From Lama glama (Eukaryota): 64,000 nucleotides of DNA. The notes beneath the pieces are model-generated. The model was not told the DNA's origin. It was given only the letters and a program-made list of their open reading frames with translations, and did not search any database. The position numbers were made by a program, and so were the translations under genes. The stretch spans positions 16,990,001-17,054,000 of the forward strand of contig CM052832.1 of the NCBI GenBank assembly GCA_028534125.1, in the 5' to 3' direction. Shown one piece after another: positions 1-11,500 of the stretch. Numbering within the stretch: the stretch's first letter is position 1; each line of letters begins with the position of its first letter.

Positions 1-435
1 TTATCCTCTCTAACCTGGGAAAATCTCAGGGGACACTCTGGCTGGGTCTGAATGTTGGTCTGTTTCTTTATCCCATCACTCCTTTTCAGCTGTGTTCTGG
101 TGGGATTCCACTGAGCTGAAGCAGGGGTTATCATGTGACTGCCCCAAGAAGGACACAATTTTCAGGGAAGGTAAAAAGGGAGAAACCCAGATACCCACTC
201 TGACTCTAAGAGTCCAGGGGGAATATTTTCCTGTTGCAAAGTAGGGTGAGACAGGGCATGGTTGGAGGCACCAGGTCTGAAAGGGAGGTAAGGGAGTCCT
301 GATAAAGTAGTGGCAGATCAGACTGAGCAGGACCAGAGAGAACAAGCCCCCAAAGGGAGTCAGGTTGGAGACAGAGGATAAGGTCTAAGCAAGACAGTTT
401 GGTTTCCAAGGAAGTAGCTGACATATCATCAAAAT

Positions 436-965
436 AAAACTGCATCAAAGAACACTATTGAAAAAGTGAAAAGGCAATCCACAGAATGGGAGATAATATT
501 TGTAAATCATATATCTGATAAGGACCTAATATCCAGAATATATAAAGAATTCTTACAACTCAAAACATAAAGGCAAACAACTCACTTTAAAAAAAAACGG
601 GCAAAAGTCTTCAATAGACATTTTCCCAAAGATACACAAATGGCCAACAAGTACAGGAAAAGATGCTCAACATCTTCAGTTGTTAGGGAAATGCAAATCA
701 GAATCACAGTGAGATAGAAACTTCACACCCACTAGGAGGCTGTACCAAGCAAACACAAAATAACAAGCGCAAGGATGGAGAGAAACTAGAACGCTTTCTC
801 ACTCCTGGTGGGAATGTAAACTGGTGCAGCGGCTGTGGAAAGAGAGTTTGGTGGTTCCTCAAAAACAGAACTACCATATGATCCAGCAATTCCTCTCCTA
901 AGTATATACCCCAAAGAATTGAAAACAGGTGTTCAAACAGAAACTTGTAAATAAATCCGGTCACA
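436..965 (+). mobile_element. LINE-1 fragment (ORF2 3' region)
   Basis: Typical L1 phrases: acagaatgggagataatattt, aaaagatgctcaacatc, ggtgggaatgtaaactggtgcagc, catatgatccagcaattcct. Confidence 0.85.
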
Positions 966-3057
966 GCCTAGATTCTGGGGACAGAATTCTCTGCGGGACT
1001 CCTGTCTGCTGTCCTAAAGCTCCTTCTCTAACCCTCCTACCTACTTACTCAGTTTCAGTAAAAAGTCCCAGCCTTTACCCCTTGTGAGGAGAAACTATTC
1101 TGTGAGATGCCAGGGTGCACGCCCTGAAAGAACTGGCTAGTCCTAGGCCCCAGTGAAGAAGTTTCTAGAACTATCTCACTCCAGACTAGGGCAGGATCAG
1201 GAAGCAATATGGGAAAGGGAAGTGCTCAGACTAGTCAATTGCTCTCCTGAGGCCTGTCCTGCAGCAAAGACCCTATGCCTCTGACCTGTAACTTCTGGGT
1301 GGGAGTGTATTAACTGTATTTTCTAGTTTACGAAGTTTTGAGCTTGAGTTTTGCTGCTTAGGGAGGAACTGCCCCCCTCCAGGGTTAGCTACTCCTAGAG
1401 ACAGCAATCAACTCTCCCAGGAGCTCACCTTCTCATATGCAAACTACCCAATCTGGAGTCCACCCACCTGCTTTATCCCCTCTTAAGCTTGTGAGACATT
1501 AACCCTAGGCCCTAAGTGCCCCAGGCCAGGCATCAGACATCTAGGGGCTATACTTTGGAGCTTGCTAAAATTACTCCAACTAGCAATCCCAGACCTGGTC
1601 GGCCCACTGTTGCCCTACCTTACCAGGTTTTTCTGAAAAAAACCACAACAAAGGCTTTCCTGTTGTTCCCCTTGCTCTGTTTGCATGGACTTTGACCTCA
1701 ATGTTCTGTCCTGTGGTCCTGCACAGTGTGTGGTGCCCCACCCCCCAATCTTGGGAACCATGAGTAAAACCATCTTTTCCATGGTAATCATCTTCTGGTC
1801 TGTGGGCCTCACCATGCATACTTGAATAATAGCAAAATATTGGGTATTTTTTAAAACAGGGAGAGCACCCAGTTCTAGTGGCCTGAACTCTGCTCCTCTG
1901 TCCTCATCTGTGCCAGCCACAGTTAACCCAGTGCTTAAGCTTGTGAGGCACCTGTGCACACCTGTTCACCAAATTTTCTCACTTGCTCACATACCTACTA
2001 AGCTAATATTTAATTTCATATAAAATTTGTAAAAACCAAGGACAAAATTTATAGGAGGGTGACCTGTGTTATGGAAATCTGATTTCTAGGCACCCTGGGT
2101 GCCCTTTCAGGTACATCCCCAGACTTACTGCGCAGAGACCTCAAGGGGATAGCAGGGGAAATCTGGCTTCAAAGAGCTTCCTGTGGCCAGTAAATACTGA
2201 AGCTACAGCAAATATGTGGCATAGATAAAGCAAGAATTATTGTTCCCTTTGTTGAGAACCTAAGTAATTTTTTTGAATTCCCTTCTGAATTCAGAAGAAC
2301 AATTTCTCAATCATTCTCTCTTTCCTCCCTGACAATAATAATGACACTATTTTTTACTAGTTTTAAAAAGTGCTAAACAAACCTAATGTTCAGGAGTAAT
2401 TAAGTCTTGGTTTCTGTGGCTTTTGGAAGACCATGTTTTCTTGATTCAGTTGGGATGACCTAAGTTTCTTCTTTCTCCTCTATTTAATTTTATCTGAAGG
2501 GTCCTAAAAGAGCAGAGATTTATGAAATCATTTAGAAACATTAAAGAAAGCTGACTATTTCACACTAGGGCTTTGATTTCCTCTGTTATAGGAAATCCAT
2601 TTTTGCACATAATGACAACTATCGTGTCATAATAAGTAAACACAAAAAGGACAGTCTTGGGAGGAGGAAGGGTGGGGTTCCTCGGAACCCCACTGCTATT
2701 CCACTGTGGACATATTTGGTCATGTGTAATCATAATCACACTCAAAATAACTTGGCCAAGAATCAGATTTAGTGTGCAACAACCAACCAGCTCAGAAATG
2801 ACACTCAAGCAGGGAGCCAATGAAGGTGAGCTGAGGACAAAAAGGGTCCAGGTCTGCATGGGGTGCACCTTCAGGTTACATGTTTGTGTTGGTTGCTAGA
2901 GTTGACCCTTGGGCACTATCTCCAGAAGTAAATGTCAAAGAATAACTCAGAAACATTTAGTTCTTTGCACACTATTAGTATTTTCCATGCAAATAGTGTA
3001 CAGACATGTGAAAGAATCAGTGGAGACAAAGAGTCAGGGACAAAGGCAAAATGAGGG

Positions 3058-3580
3058 TGTGGTAGATTGCTACAGTTGTGGTCCCCAGGGAGCCAATAAA
3101 ACTCCCAGTATTCATGCCCCAGTGTAACCCCTCCCACGTTGAACCTGGGCTTAGCCAAGTGCCTGATTCTGGTCAAGGGGACATTAGCAAGCATGATGAG
3201 AAGAGAGGCTTGATGAGCACTTGTACCTTGCAGCCTGTCTTCTTAGAATACTCTGTGGAAGACAGAAGCCATGTAAGAAGTCCAACCACCCAGAGACAGC
3301 CTTGCTGTCAGGACATCAAGGCCAGCTACACAGAAAGGCCACCTGGAGAAGCAATGAGGTGTCATACATGCAAATGAAGCTTCTTGAGTCTTTCAGACCA
3401 GGTACCAGCCACCAGCTAAATGCAGCTGAGTGACTCCAGCTGATGCCACCTGAAGGGAAGTACCTCTGAGCCAAGTCTTCAGTCAGCTTAGCCCACAGAA
3501 TCAGGGGAAACAACACATCACTGTTGTTTTAAGCTACTACGTTATGCAGTGATTTTTATGCAGCAGTAAGTGCAACACAG
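3058..3580 (+). mobile_element. MaLR LTR (MLT1-type), old
   Basis: Begins tgtggtag... and ends ...gttgttttaagctactacgttatgcagtgatttttatgcagcagtaagtgcaacaca, as MLT1 LTRs do. Subfamily not determined. Confidence 0.6.
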
Positions 3581-4340
3581 GATATATAAGAGAAAAGGAA
3601 CAGTGAATTTTGTTTGTATACTTTTGGGATAAACTGATTAGCTGACACCTAGCAAAGCGGTCAGTCTGAAATTCCATCCTCAAGTAAGTTCTCCAGGAAT
3701 AACAAGTGAAACAATTTTTGTTGTTTACTGATTCTCAAGAAAACCTTGAAGGTTTACCTATGGAGCATATTTGTGTAATAGCTGCCAGTGTCCTTTTGTG
3801 AGCACCTTTGGCGTTGTTGCTTCAAGTTTGTACAGTTTTCCTTATTAGAATTTTATAGAAGAAAATCCAGGGACTGGGAAAAAATCCAACTCAGAGTGGG
3901 CCTGAAGAATCTGAACCCTCTTCCGGCCCCCCACAAATTCTTTTCCTCATTTGAAAACAGGATCAGTGGTAGCAGCAGTCTGTCTGTCCAGCCCTTTGGT
4001 CAACAGTCAGGGCTACCGAAAAATGGACTGTCTCAAGAAGGCACAAGCCCTTGCAGACAACCCAGGAGCCTGAGTTCCAAATGTGGCAGTGCACTGAGGA
4101 GGCCAGGGTGGAGGGGCACTGGAGTCACGGCCCTGGAAATGGGAGCTGCTTTGTGAGGCCAAGTGGTCTGTGGAAATTGGGATCTCTCTGAATGATGGGA
4201 AGATGATAAAGACAAAGGACAAAAAACACAAACAAGAGGTTAGCTGGTGACAGAGAAATACAGACAGAAACAGAGGAAAATGGAGTTAAGAGCTGAAATA
4301 CTCACAGAACAGAATCACACAAAGTTAAACAGAATTAAAA

Positions 4341-4346
4341 TTTATT
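4341..4346 (-). terminator. RPP21 polyadenylation signal AATAAA (overlaps the stop codon)
   Basis: tttatt on the plus strand at 4341-4346, followed on the minus strand by T/GT-rich sequence. Confidence 0.7.
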
Positions 4347-5924
4347 GGGAAGATAGGGTGAATCCATCACTGGTGACTGGAGCTCGAGGCTGTATGTTCT
4401 CCTCAGGAAGCTGGGCTGGAACGGGGTGGGCTGTGTTTGGCAGGGGCTGTGGTGGTTTGGGATCTGAGTAGATGAGCAGAATTAGTTTTTTAAAACTGGC
4501 ACCTTTCACACCAACCCAGAACTCACCTGTGTGTCCTCTTCAGCTCTGTGTTATCCACTGCTCCGACCTCCCTGGGGTATCCCCGATTTTCTCTACCAGC
4601 TCTCACCTGCCTGGCTCCCCAGCTGAGCCTCAGGCCGGTCTCCCCAGAGCAGATGCCTAGGATCGTTGAGGAACCGCTGACTGCGCTGGCATGTTAGGCA
4701 GGTCTGTACAGTCCAGCGCTGACCCTTGCAGCCTGGGGTGAATGTGGGAAAAAGAGAGTGCCCAGGTTCAGGAGAAGAAAAGCTCTCTTGCACCCAGTTT
4801 TGCTTCCACTGTTTTTTAGTAGGGAGTCTACCCCCTCCCTACTTTGAATCAAATTTGATGGTGTCAGGTCCCTGCATAAACTGTCAATTTCTTCGTACCC
4901 TTTAAGATAAAGTCCAAACTCCTTAAGATCTGTCCTGTTTCCCTCTCCAGCCACATGTCTTGCCCTTGCCCACCTCAAATTCCAGCCACCTGAACTCTCA
5001 TTTCCTTGACAGCACCACAACCTCTCTTGCCTGAGATCTCACAAATGCCTAGGATTTTCATTTCTCACTTCCTTCACTTATAATGAACCTCAGGACCACT
5101 GGTTTAAATAACTTAGTATTTTACCCTCCCAATTAAAACATTTTTCTATGCTATTTTAATTGTTTCTTAGTCTGTCCTATCAGACTATAATTTCAAAGAG
5201 AATAATGACTAGCGAAGTCCTTGATACATCTTAGAAAATTGTTGAAGCAAGGAATGAAGATGGGAATCATGTCCTCATAATGCCAAATAATATCTATTAC
5301 TATGTGCGGGCGAGGTTGCCTCTCATGGCAACATCATTTCTCTACTGCCCAGACCTAGTTTGTCCAAGTGGAGGTAAACAACTTAACTCACAGCTGGAGA
5401 AAGTCGACTCCTCCAAACCCCACACCTAGCACCCCTCTAAATCCTTGCCTGTCCCCTCTCCAGGGCACTGGTGGCTCCTCAAACATCCCACCTCAGCAGA
5501 AGGGAGCACTCACGTCTCTGGCGCTGGGTGCAGGTCAGGCCCGGGATGAGGAGGGAAGAGCAGCCACGACAGAGGGTCCTCTTCACTGAGGGGTCCCTGG
5601 GGACGGAGGTGGGTGGTGGTCCGGGGGCCCGCTCTCCCTCTCCGGTTCTTCCCCCGCCCCGCCCACTGCCAGGCTCCACGCCTGTCTCACCTCCGCAAGA
5701 CGAGCCGCTTCGCGATGGTCCTCTCCGTGTGGCAGTAAAACCTCGCCAGCGCCTGGTTCTCGGGCTCTTGCGCGAGGACGCAGTGGGCGGCCTGAGGGAA
5801 GGAGCCGTCACTGGGGGCCGGCCGCACTGGGCCTCCTCCCTGTGCGTGCTCCCCGACGAGGACTCACCTGGTACAGGAAGCTGAGCCTCTGGAAGGCCTC
5901 GCGGTCCTTCACCGGTCCCGCCAT
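4342..5924 (-). CDS. RPP21: Ribonuclease P protein subunit p21; coding exons 5868-5924, 5691-5791, 5514-5596, 4607-4732, 4342-4463 (162 aa)
   Basis: The spliced translation MAGPVKDREAFQRLSFLYQ|AAHCVLAQEPENQALARFYCHTERTIAKRLVLRR|DPSVKRTLCRGCSSLLIPGLTCTQRQRR|CKGQRWTVQTCLTCQRSQRFLNDPRHLLWGDRPEAQLGSQA|DPKPPQPLPNTAH... matches RPP21, including the CxxC...CxxC zinc ribbon. All introns are GT-AG and phases are consistent. Confidence 0.97.
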
Positions 5925-6010
5925 CCGGGCCAGGCCGCGCCGCGAGAGCCCAACACACGACAGTCCACAGGCTTTATCCCAGGGTGGCCCCTCCTGCGGG
6001 CGTCCGCGCA

Positions 6011-6032
6011 AGGCCTTCTGGGAAGTGTAGTT
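6011..6032 (-). promoter_or_regulatory. ZNF143/THAP11-type SBS motif (AACTACACTTCCCAGAAGGCC) in the RPP21 CpG-island promoter
   Basis: ACTACAnnTCCCA motif about 90-110 bp upstream of the RPP21 ATG, within CpG-rich DNA (about 5500-6130). Confidence 0.7.
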
Positions 6033-8066
6033 CCTGGGGCCGCGGACACTCCTCGCTCTGGCGCCACCCCGCGGTCTCAAAGATACGTGTTTGCAAACCC
6101 ACCCCGCGCTCCCGCAATCCAAGCCGGGGGTCCCTTTATGAGTTTTGGATTCCCTCTAGTCTTCCTCAAGACTATGATCATCATATTAGGTAGAGGCTGG
6201 AGAGGCTCGTGGAGCAGGAGAGCATCTTAAACTACTAACATTTTTCAGGACAGAACATTCTTTATGCAGATAGACTGGGGAGACGGTTATGTGCAATTTA
6301 TTCCCAGCAAGACTTTCTGCCATAAGCTCCTGAAGCCAAAAGCAGATGTCTGGAAGACCTACAGACTGAAGAAACAGGTTATATATTCCAAAAAATGCAC
6401 TAGTGCCAGTGGGGGCGAAACTGGAAAGGACATGAGGACGGTGGAGGGATGGAAGAGGGCTCCCGGCCCTCAGAAAGCACAGCTTACTCCCAATCTTTTC
6501 CAATTACCAAAGAAAAACACTTCCTGTTATGCAGTGCTGGACACACAGTAGTCAATTCTCACTAACTCCTAGTCTTAGGTACTGGAGCACAGAAACCTGT
6601 CAGTAGCATTCCCTGCCCCTGAAAATACATTCCCTCTCCCCCAACATAGACAGATAGTGCTTCACATTCCTCCCTTTGATCTCTGTCTCTCGTTTGCCCT
6701 GTTTGGCATCCTGTGTTTACTCCTGCTTCATAGTTAATAACCACTTGTTCCTGAGGTTAGTAGAGAGACAGAACATGAATAGACCTGGAGATGGGGAGTA
6801 GGCAGCATAAGTCAAGAGAGGCTGAGGATTTTCTCCTCTTTCAAACCTGTCAGGCTGGGCAGGGACCAAGGCCTCCAGCTTGAAGGAAATGGATGAAATT
6901 TCCTCTTGGATTAGTTTCACAAGGGTCCCCAGACTCAAATGAGGAGTATGTTTAAAAGGTAGAAGCCGAGCCCACCCGAGACCTTGATCAACCACTGAGG
7001 GTGAGCCCCAGGAACATGCATTTTTAACACCCAGTGATTTTTACATATTAACAGAGGTTATCATCAAATTACCACACGACACAGGTATCACTTCAGTGGA
7101 TCCTTTGTTCCATATTATGTTTTACCAACCAAAGCATCTTGCCACAAAGAACCACAGTCAAGGCACAAAGGTAAGAGGAGAGTCTGGACAAAGTCCTGTT
7201 GAGGTGGTAGGAGGAGCTGAAATGCCCTCAATAAACTGCAGTTTCTTGTCCCAATCTTCTGTGAACCCCTGATTACCCAAGTAGCAGATAATCCAGTCAT
7301 TTTAGTTTGGTTTGGCATGCATTGCTTTACCTTTTTTTGACAACATATGTACCCTACAGGTTGTTTATTTTGGCCTAACATTAAAATGATTTACATTCTC
7401 TGATAGGAGAAATGGCAATAGGTGAAGGATGGCAACAAACAAGCAAAAAACCGGCTCTTGTGAACAGACGTTCCAGGCCAGATGGAACTATATCTGGCCT
7501 GTCTCTATACATACCACCCTCTTCTACCCTGTCCCCAGGGTGAGGAAGACTCCATTTTCTTTCTCCCTGTCTGGCTGGGACACCTTGGACAGCTAACAAG
7601 GCTGACAACTTGGGAGTAGCTACTTAGTAGCATTCTTTAAGGCCAGGGCTTTGAACAGAAATACTTTTCTCTTTCCTCTAATACCTGACTCTCTCCTTTT
7701 CCAAGTTCCCCTGGGAAAGCAGTGAAAGGGTAGACATGTCTTGCAGGATCTCTTGCACCTTGGCTCCCCAGTCAAGCAAGGTAACAGCTCTTGGAGACAA
7801 GCAATTACAAAGAGGTGGGCGGTAAGCCAGCTCTGCAGAAGGGACCTGGCTTCTAGCTCTTCTTACCCCCTCCTTTCCACATTCCTACCTCTGGCCAATC
7901 CTACTCATAATGGCAACCAAAGAAACCCTTCTCCCCTTCACTAGTCTCTAGGAATCTGTTCCTTTAGCCCACTTTCCTGACTTTCTTTCTAACCTTCTTG
8001 ATGCCCAATCTCTGCCCTGAAAAAACTCCTCAACTTCTAGACCCACAAGAGCAACTGTCATTCATC

Positions 8067-8072
8067 TTTATT
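8067..8072 (-). terminator. Candidate proximal poly(A) signal in the TRIM39 3'UTR
   Basis: AATAAA on the minus strand about 450 nt after the stop codon. Confidence 0.4.
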
Positions 8073-8522
8073 TCAGTCTAGAGGTACACAGACCCCTGTG
8101 ATCCTCAAGAAATAAGACTATTCTGGGTCAAAGAACCCCCTCCCAAAAGGATGTACAGGGGTTTCTGTTTCCTCCTCTGGTCTGAGCAAGTCAGACCCTT
8201 CCACAGACTTGTTTCTGGAAAAGTCTTTCCTTCCTTCCCAACCCGTCCATGTGCAATAGAAAGCCTGATGGACTTCAGGGGAGACGATCCCCTGGGAACC
8301 AAGGTCCCCATCCTGACAGGTGGGAGACACAGTGGTGCTCTCATCCCAGCCCAGTCCTACCTACTCCTCCACATAAACCACTCTAAAAACCAAAGTGTTT
8401 CTCCCAGACGGTTCAGGACTGGAACCAGGCAGACACAAAGACGTTCCAGCAGGTCACAGGAAGGAAGGCCCATAGCTCTTGACCCTGCCTCACCCCGATT
8501 ATTCCCATGTCCCTACCTGTCA

Positions 8523-11500
8523 TCACTCCCAATCTGTCGGGGGCCTGATGGTAAGTGGTGCAGCATTCTTCCGACCAGCCCGGATGCCTGGATAGAAGAG
8601 GGGCCAAAGTTTCTCAGTAAAAGTATCAGTGAAGGTATAGATATGAGAGCGGTCTGTGACGTTGTAAAAAGATAGTGTGCCGGCCTCATAGTCGAGGAAT
8701 ATGCCCACCCGCTTGGGTTTCACCTTGATGTGCAAAGGGGTAAAAGGCGTGGTGGTGGCTGCATACTTGTCCCCATTCCACAGCCGCACCCGCCAGTAGC
8801 CAGTCTCAGGGAGTGGGGTCAGCTCGCCTTTTCGGCTCACGGAGTCCCGGCACACACCAACTGCCCAGTGGGTCTTGTCGCCCACCTCCACCTCCCAGTA
8901 GTGTCGACCTGAGGTGAAACCCTCAGTAGCCAGGACGCAAGGGTAGAAGGTGAAGCGCCGTGGTGTGTCAGGGAGATCCCGGAGTCTTGTCTCCACAAAC
9001 TTGACGCTCTTCCGATCTTCGGACAGGACTAGGTTAGGATGAGCAGTCTCAGGGTCCAGGGTCACGTCCGCTGGCGGGAGAAGCCAGAGTGGGGAGCTAG
9101 ATGAGGACGGGAACAGCTCAACGCCCCTGCCTCGCTCTTCCAGCCTGCCTTACAGAGCCTGCTCCCTGAAAGCCCCAGAACACCATGGTTTGGTAACTTT
9201 CTCAGTCCTCAGTGACACCAGGGGAGGGGAGAGGAGGGAACAATGGCTTCCCTTCTCATCCTGGGTCTAAAATAAACAGATAATGGCCTCTTATCTGCAA
9301 GGGCTGGCAGTTTAGGATCCTGCCTGGTCCCCCCTCCACCCCTGGCCACCGTCATCTATCTCGCTGTGTGGAGAAGTAAAAGGCACAGTCCAAGGGTCAG
9401 AAAGAATGGAAAACATTAATGATACAGAGCAAGATAGCATTAGCGTCCAGTGATAGGGTGACCATGTGTTCTTTTTCTTGAACAGTCTGGTTTATGACTG
9501 CTTTCCCTGAATAAATATTAATGAGACTCTCTTTCACTCTCAAGAGGGGACCAGTTTATGTAAATTATTTAACTTCTCCAGGTCCCTATTCAGAAAAGTG
9601 TGGGACTAAGAGCAGATGACACCTAAGACTTCTCACTTTGAGTTCCGTGACTCAAAGTGAGATTGAAAGCCAGGGAAAAGGGTGGGTGTGGGTATGGGCA
9701 TGAAAAGTGACAGAGGGGATAGATAAAGTAGGACCTAAAGGATTTCTTTTCTCTGCTGATTCCCTCTGCTAGTTTCCTTTTGGGAACAACTCACCAATTA
9801 GCTGTTTAAGGATTTTCCTTAGGGCAAAGTACTGTCGGGGGAAATTGCTGAAGTTCTTTTCCAGCTCTATGGATACTGAAGTCACCTCCATGGTCTTCAC
9901 CTTCTCACATCTAGGAGGGATGGGGAGATAGGGGAAGAAAGGGCAGGGTCAGGGGAAGCTCCAACTGGGTAAGTATTCAGATGTTGTCATCTTTAGGGAG
10001 AAACTAAAATTCTCCATCTTCCCACTTTCTTTCTCCTCCCTCAGGACAAGTACTCACTTATTGCTTTCTTTTGTCAATCTATGGAAAGCTATATGGTCTT
10101 CTAGACAGACTCTTATCTTAAGAATGAGTCTCAGAACTTTCTGTATGTATTGTTATATTTCATGCTAANNNNNNNNNNNNNNNNNNNNNNNNNNNNNNNN
10201 NNNNNNNNNNNNNNNNNNNNNNNNNNNNNNNNNNNNNNNNNNNNNNNNNNNNNNNNNNNNNNNNNNNNGTATCCCTTGTCTGATATTGGTTAATAAATAT
10301 TAGTAGCTGTGTGCCAATCGTGATTTGTGAATACTTGGGGTCCAGAAGACAAAGAAGACAAATCTCTGCCCCCCAAGGATTTCTCAGTTTAATGTGGAAG
10401 GCAGAACACACATACATGAAAGGACACAAGAATATATACCAAGCAATATATAACATGCAGATAAATGTACAACGAAGCCTCACTGATTCAAATGCTGGTA
10501 ATCTGATCTCTAAGATAAGAAATATGTTTCGTATAGCCTTGCTAACACATTTCACTTGCTTAGAAGAACAAATTAAACATTTTAGAGGCACCATTTACAT
10601 ATCAAAAGCAATATATTACTTATACATAATTTCAAGTGTCCTTCAAACTATGTTTCTATTCTTTTTGAGCACTAGGCAAATCAAGTTCCAGGACTTAAAA
10701 GTAATGGTTACTGCATTTACACAATTTTTAATGCATAGTTTTTTCACTAATTCAGTCTAGGCTGCCCTCCTTTCAAAAGAGTGAACTTTTTCTTTGGTAC
10801 AAGTTAAGCACATAACTGTTGACAAGACATAAGAACATGGAAATGATTAGAAGGGGATGGGAGAAATCAAAGAAGCCTTTCTGTGGAGAAAGATCCTTTG
10901 AGCATGTCTGTAAGAGAGAATCGGATTTAGAGAGTTAGAGCAGAGGAGGGAGCACTGCAGGCTGACAGAACGGCCTGTGCAAAACTAGCCTGCACTTGAC
11001 CTGAGGGGCTATGCAGGGGCAAAGGTCGAACCTTAAGCATTTCGAAGCCTGACTGTAAGCACTTGCCCTCCACCTCGGCAGCCAAGTGGGCCAGGTCCCG
11101 GCGCTTGTCTCCAAGGTGAGCAGCATTTTCTCGGAGGCGCTGTAGAATGTCCTGTTCCTCCTCCTCCAGTCGTGACAGCAACATCTGCTGCTCTTCATCC
11201 AGCCGCCGATGAAGCTCTTCAAATTCCTTTAGGATCTGCTGTCGGCGACTCTCTACTAGTCTCTGAGAACACCGGGAAGGTGTTATGGTTAATAGGGCCA
11301 CTGGGGCATCTGCCGCCTTTCCCCACCCACCATGTGTATGAATTCACACAGACTTCCAGTATCATTGGAAAGACCTTAAAGAGACACTCATGTTCCTTCC
11401 TCTCCTTTGGAATTTCCTTCTGTAAAGAATGGCTCCATCCCCATTGTCACCCCTACTGATGACCTGGGAGTAAAGACCATTGGGGAGATTAAAAAAAAAT

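Noticed and set aside
8151..8675. 174-aa plus-strand ORF; likewise 33740-34640 and 16066-16458
   Set aside because: Antisense shadows of TRIM exons or UTR, with no independent coding signal.
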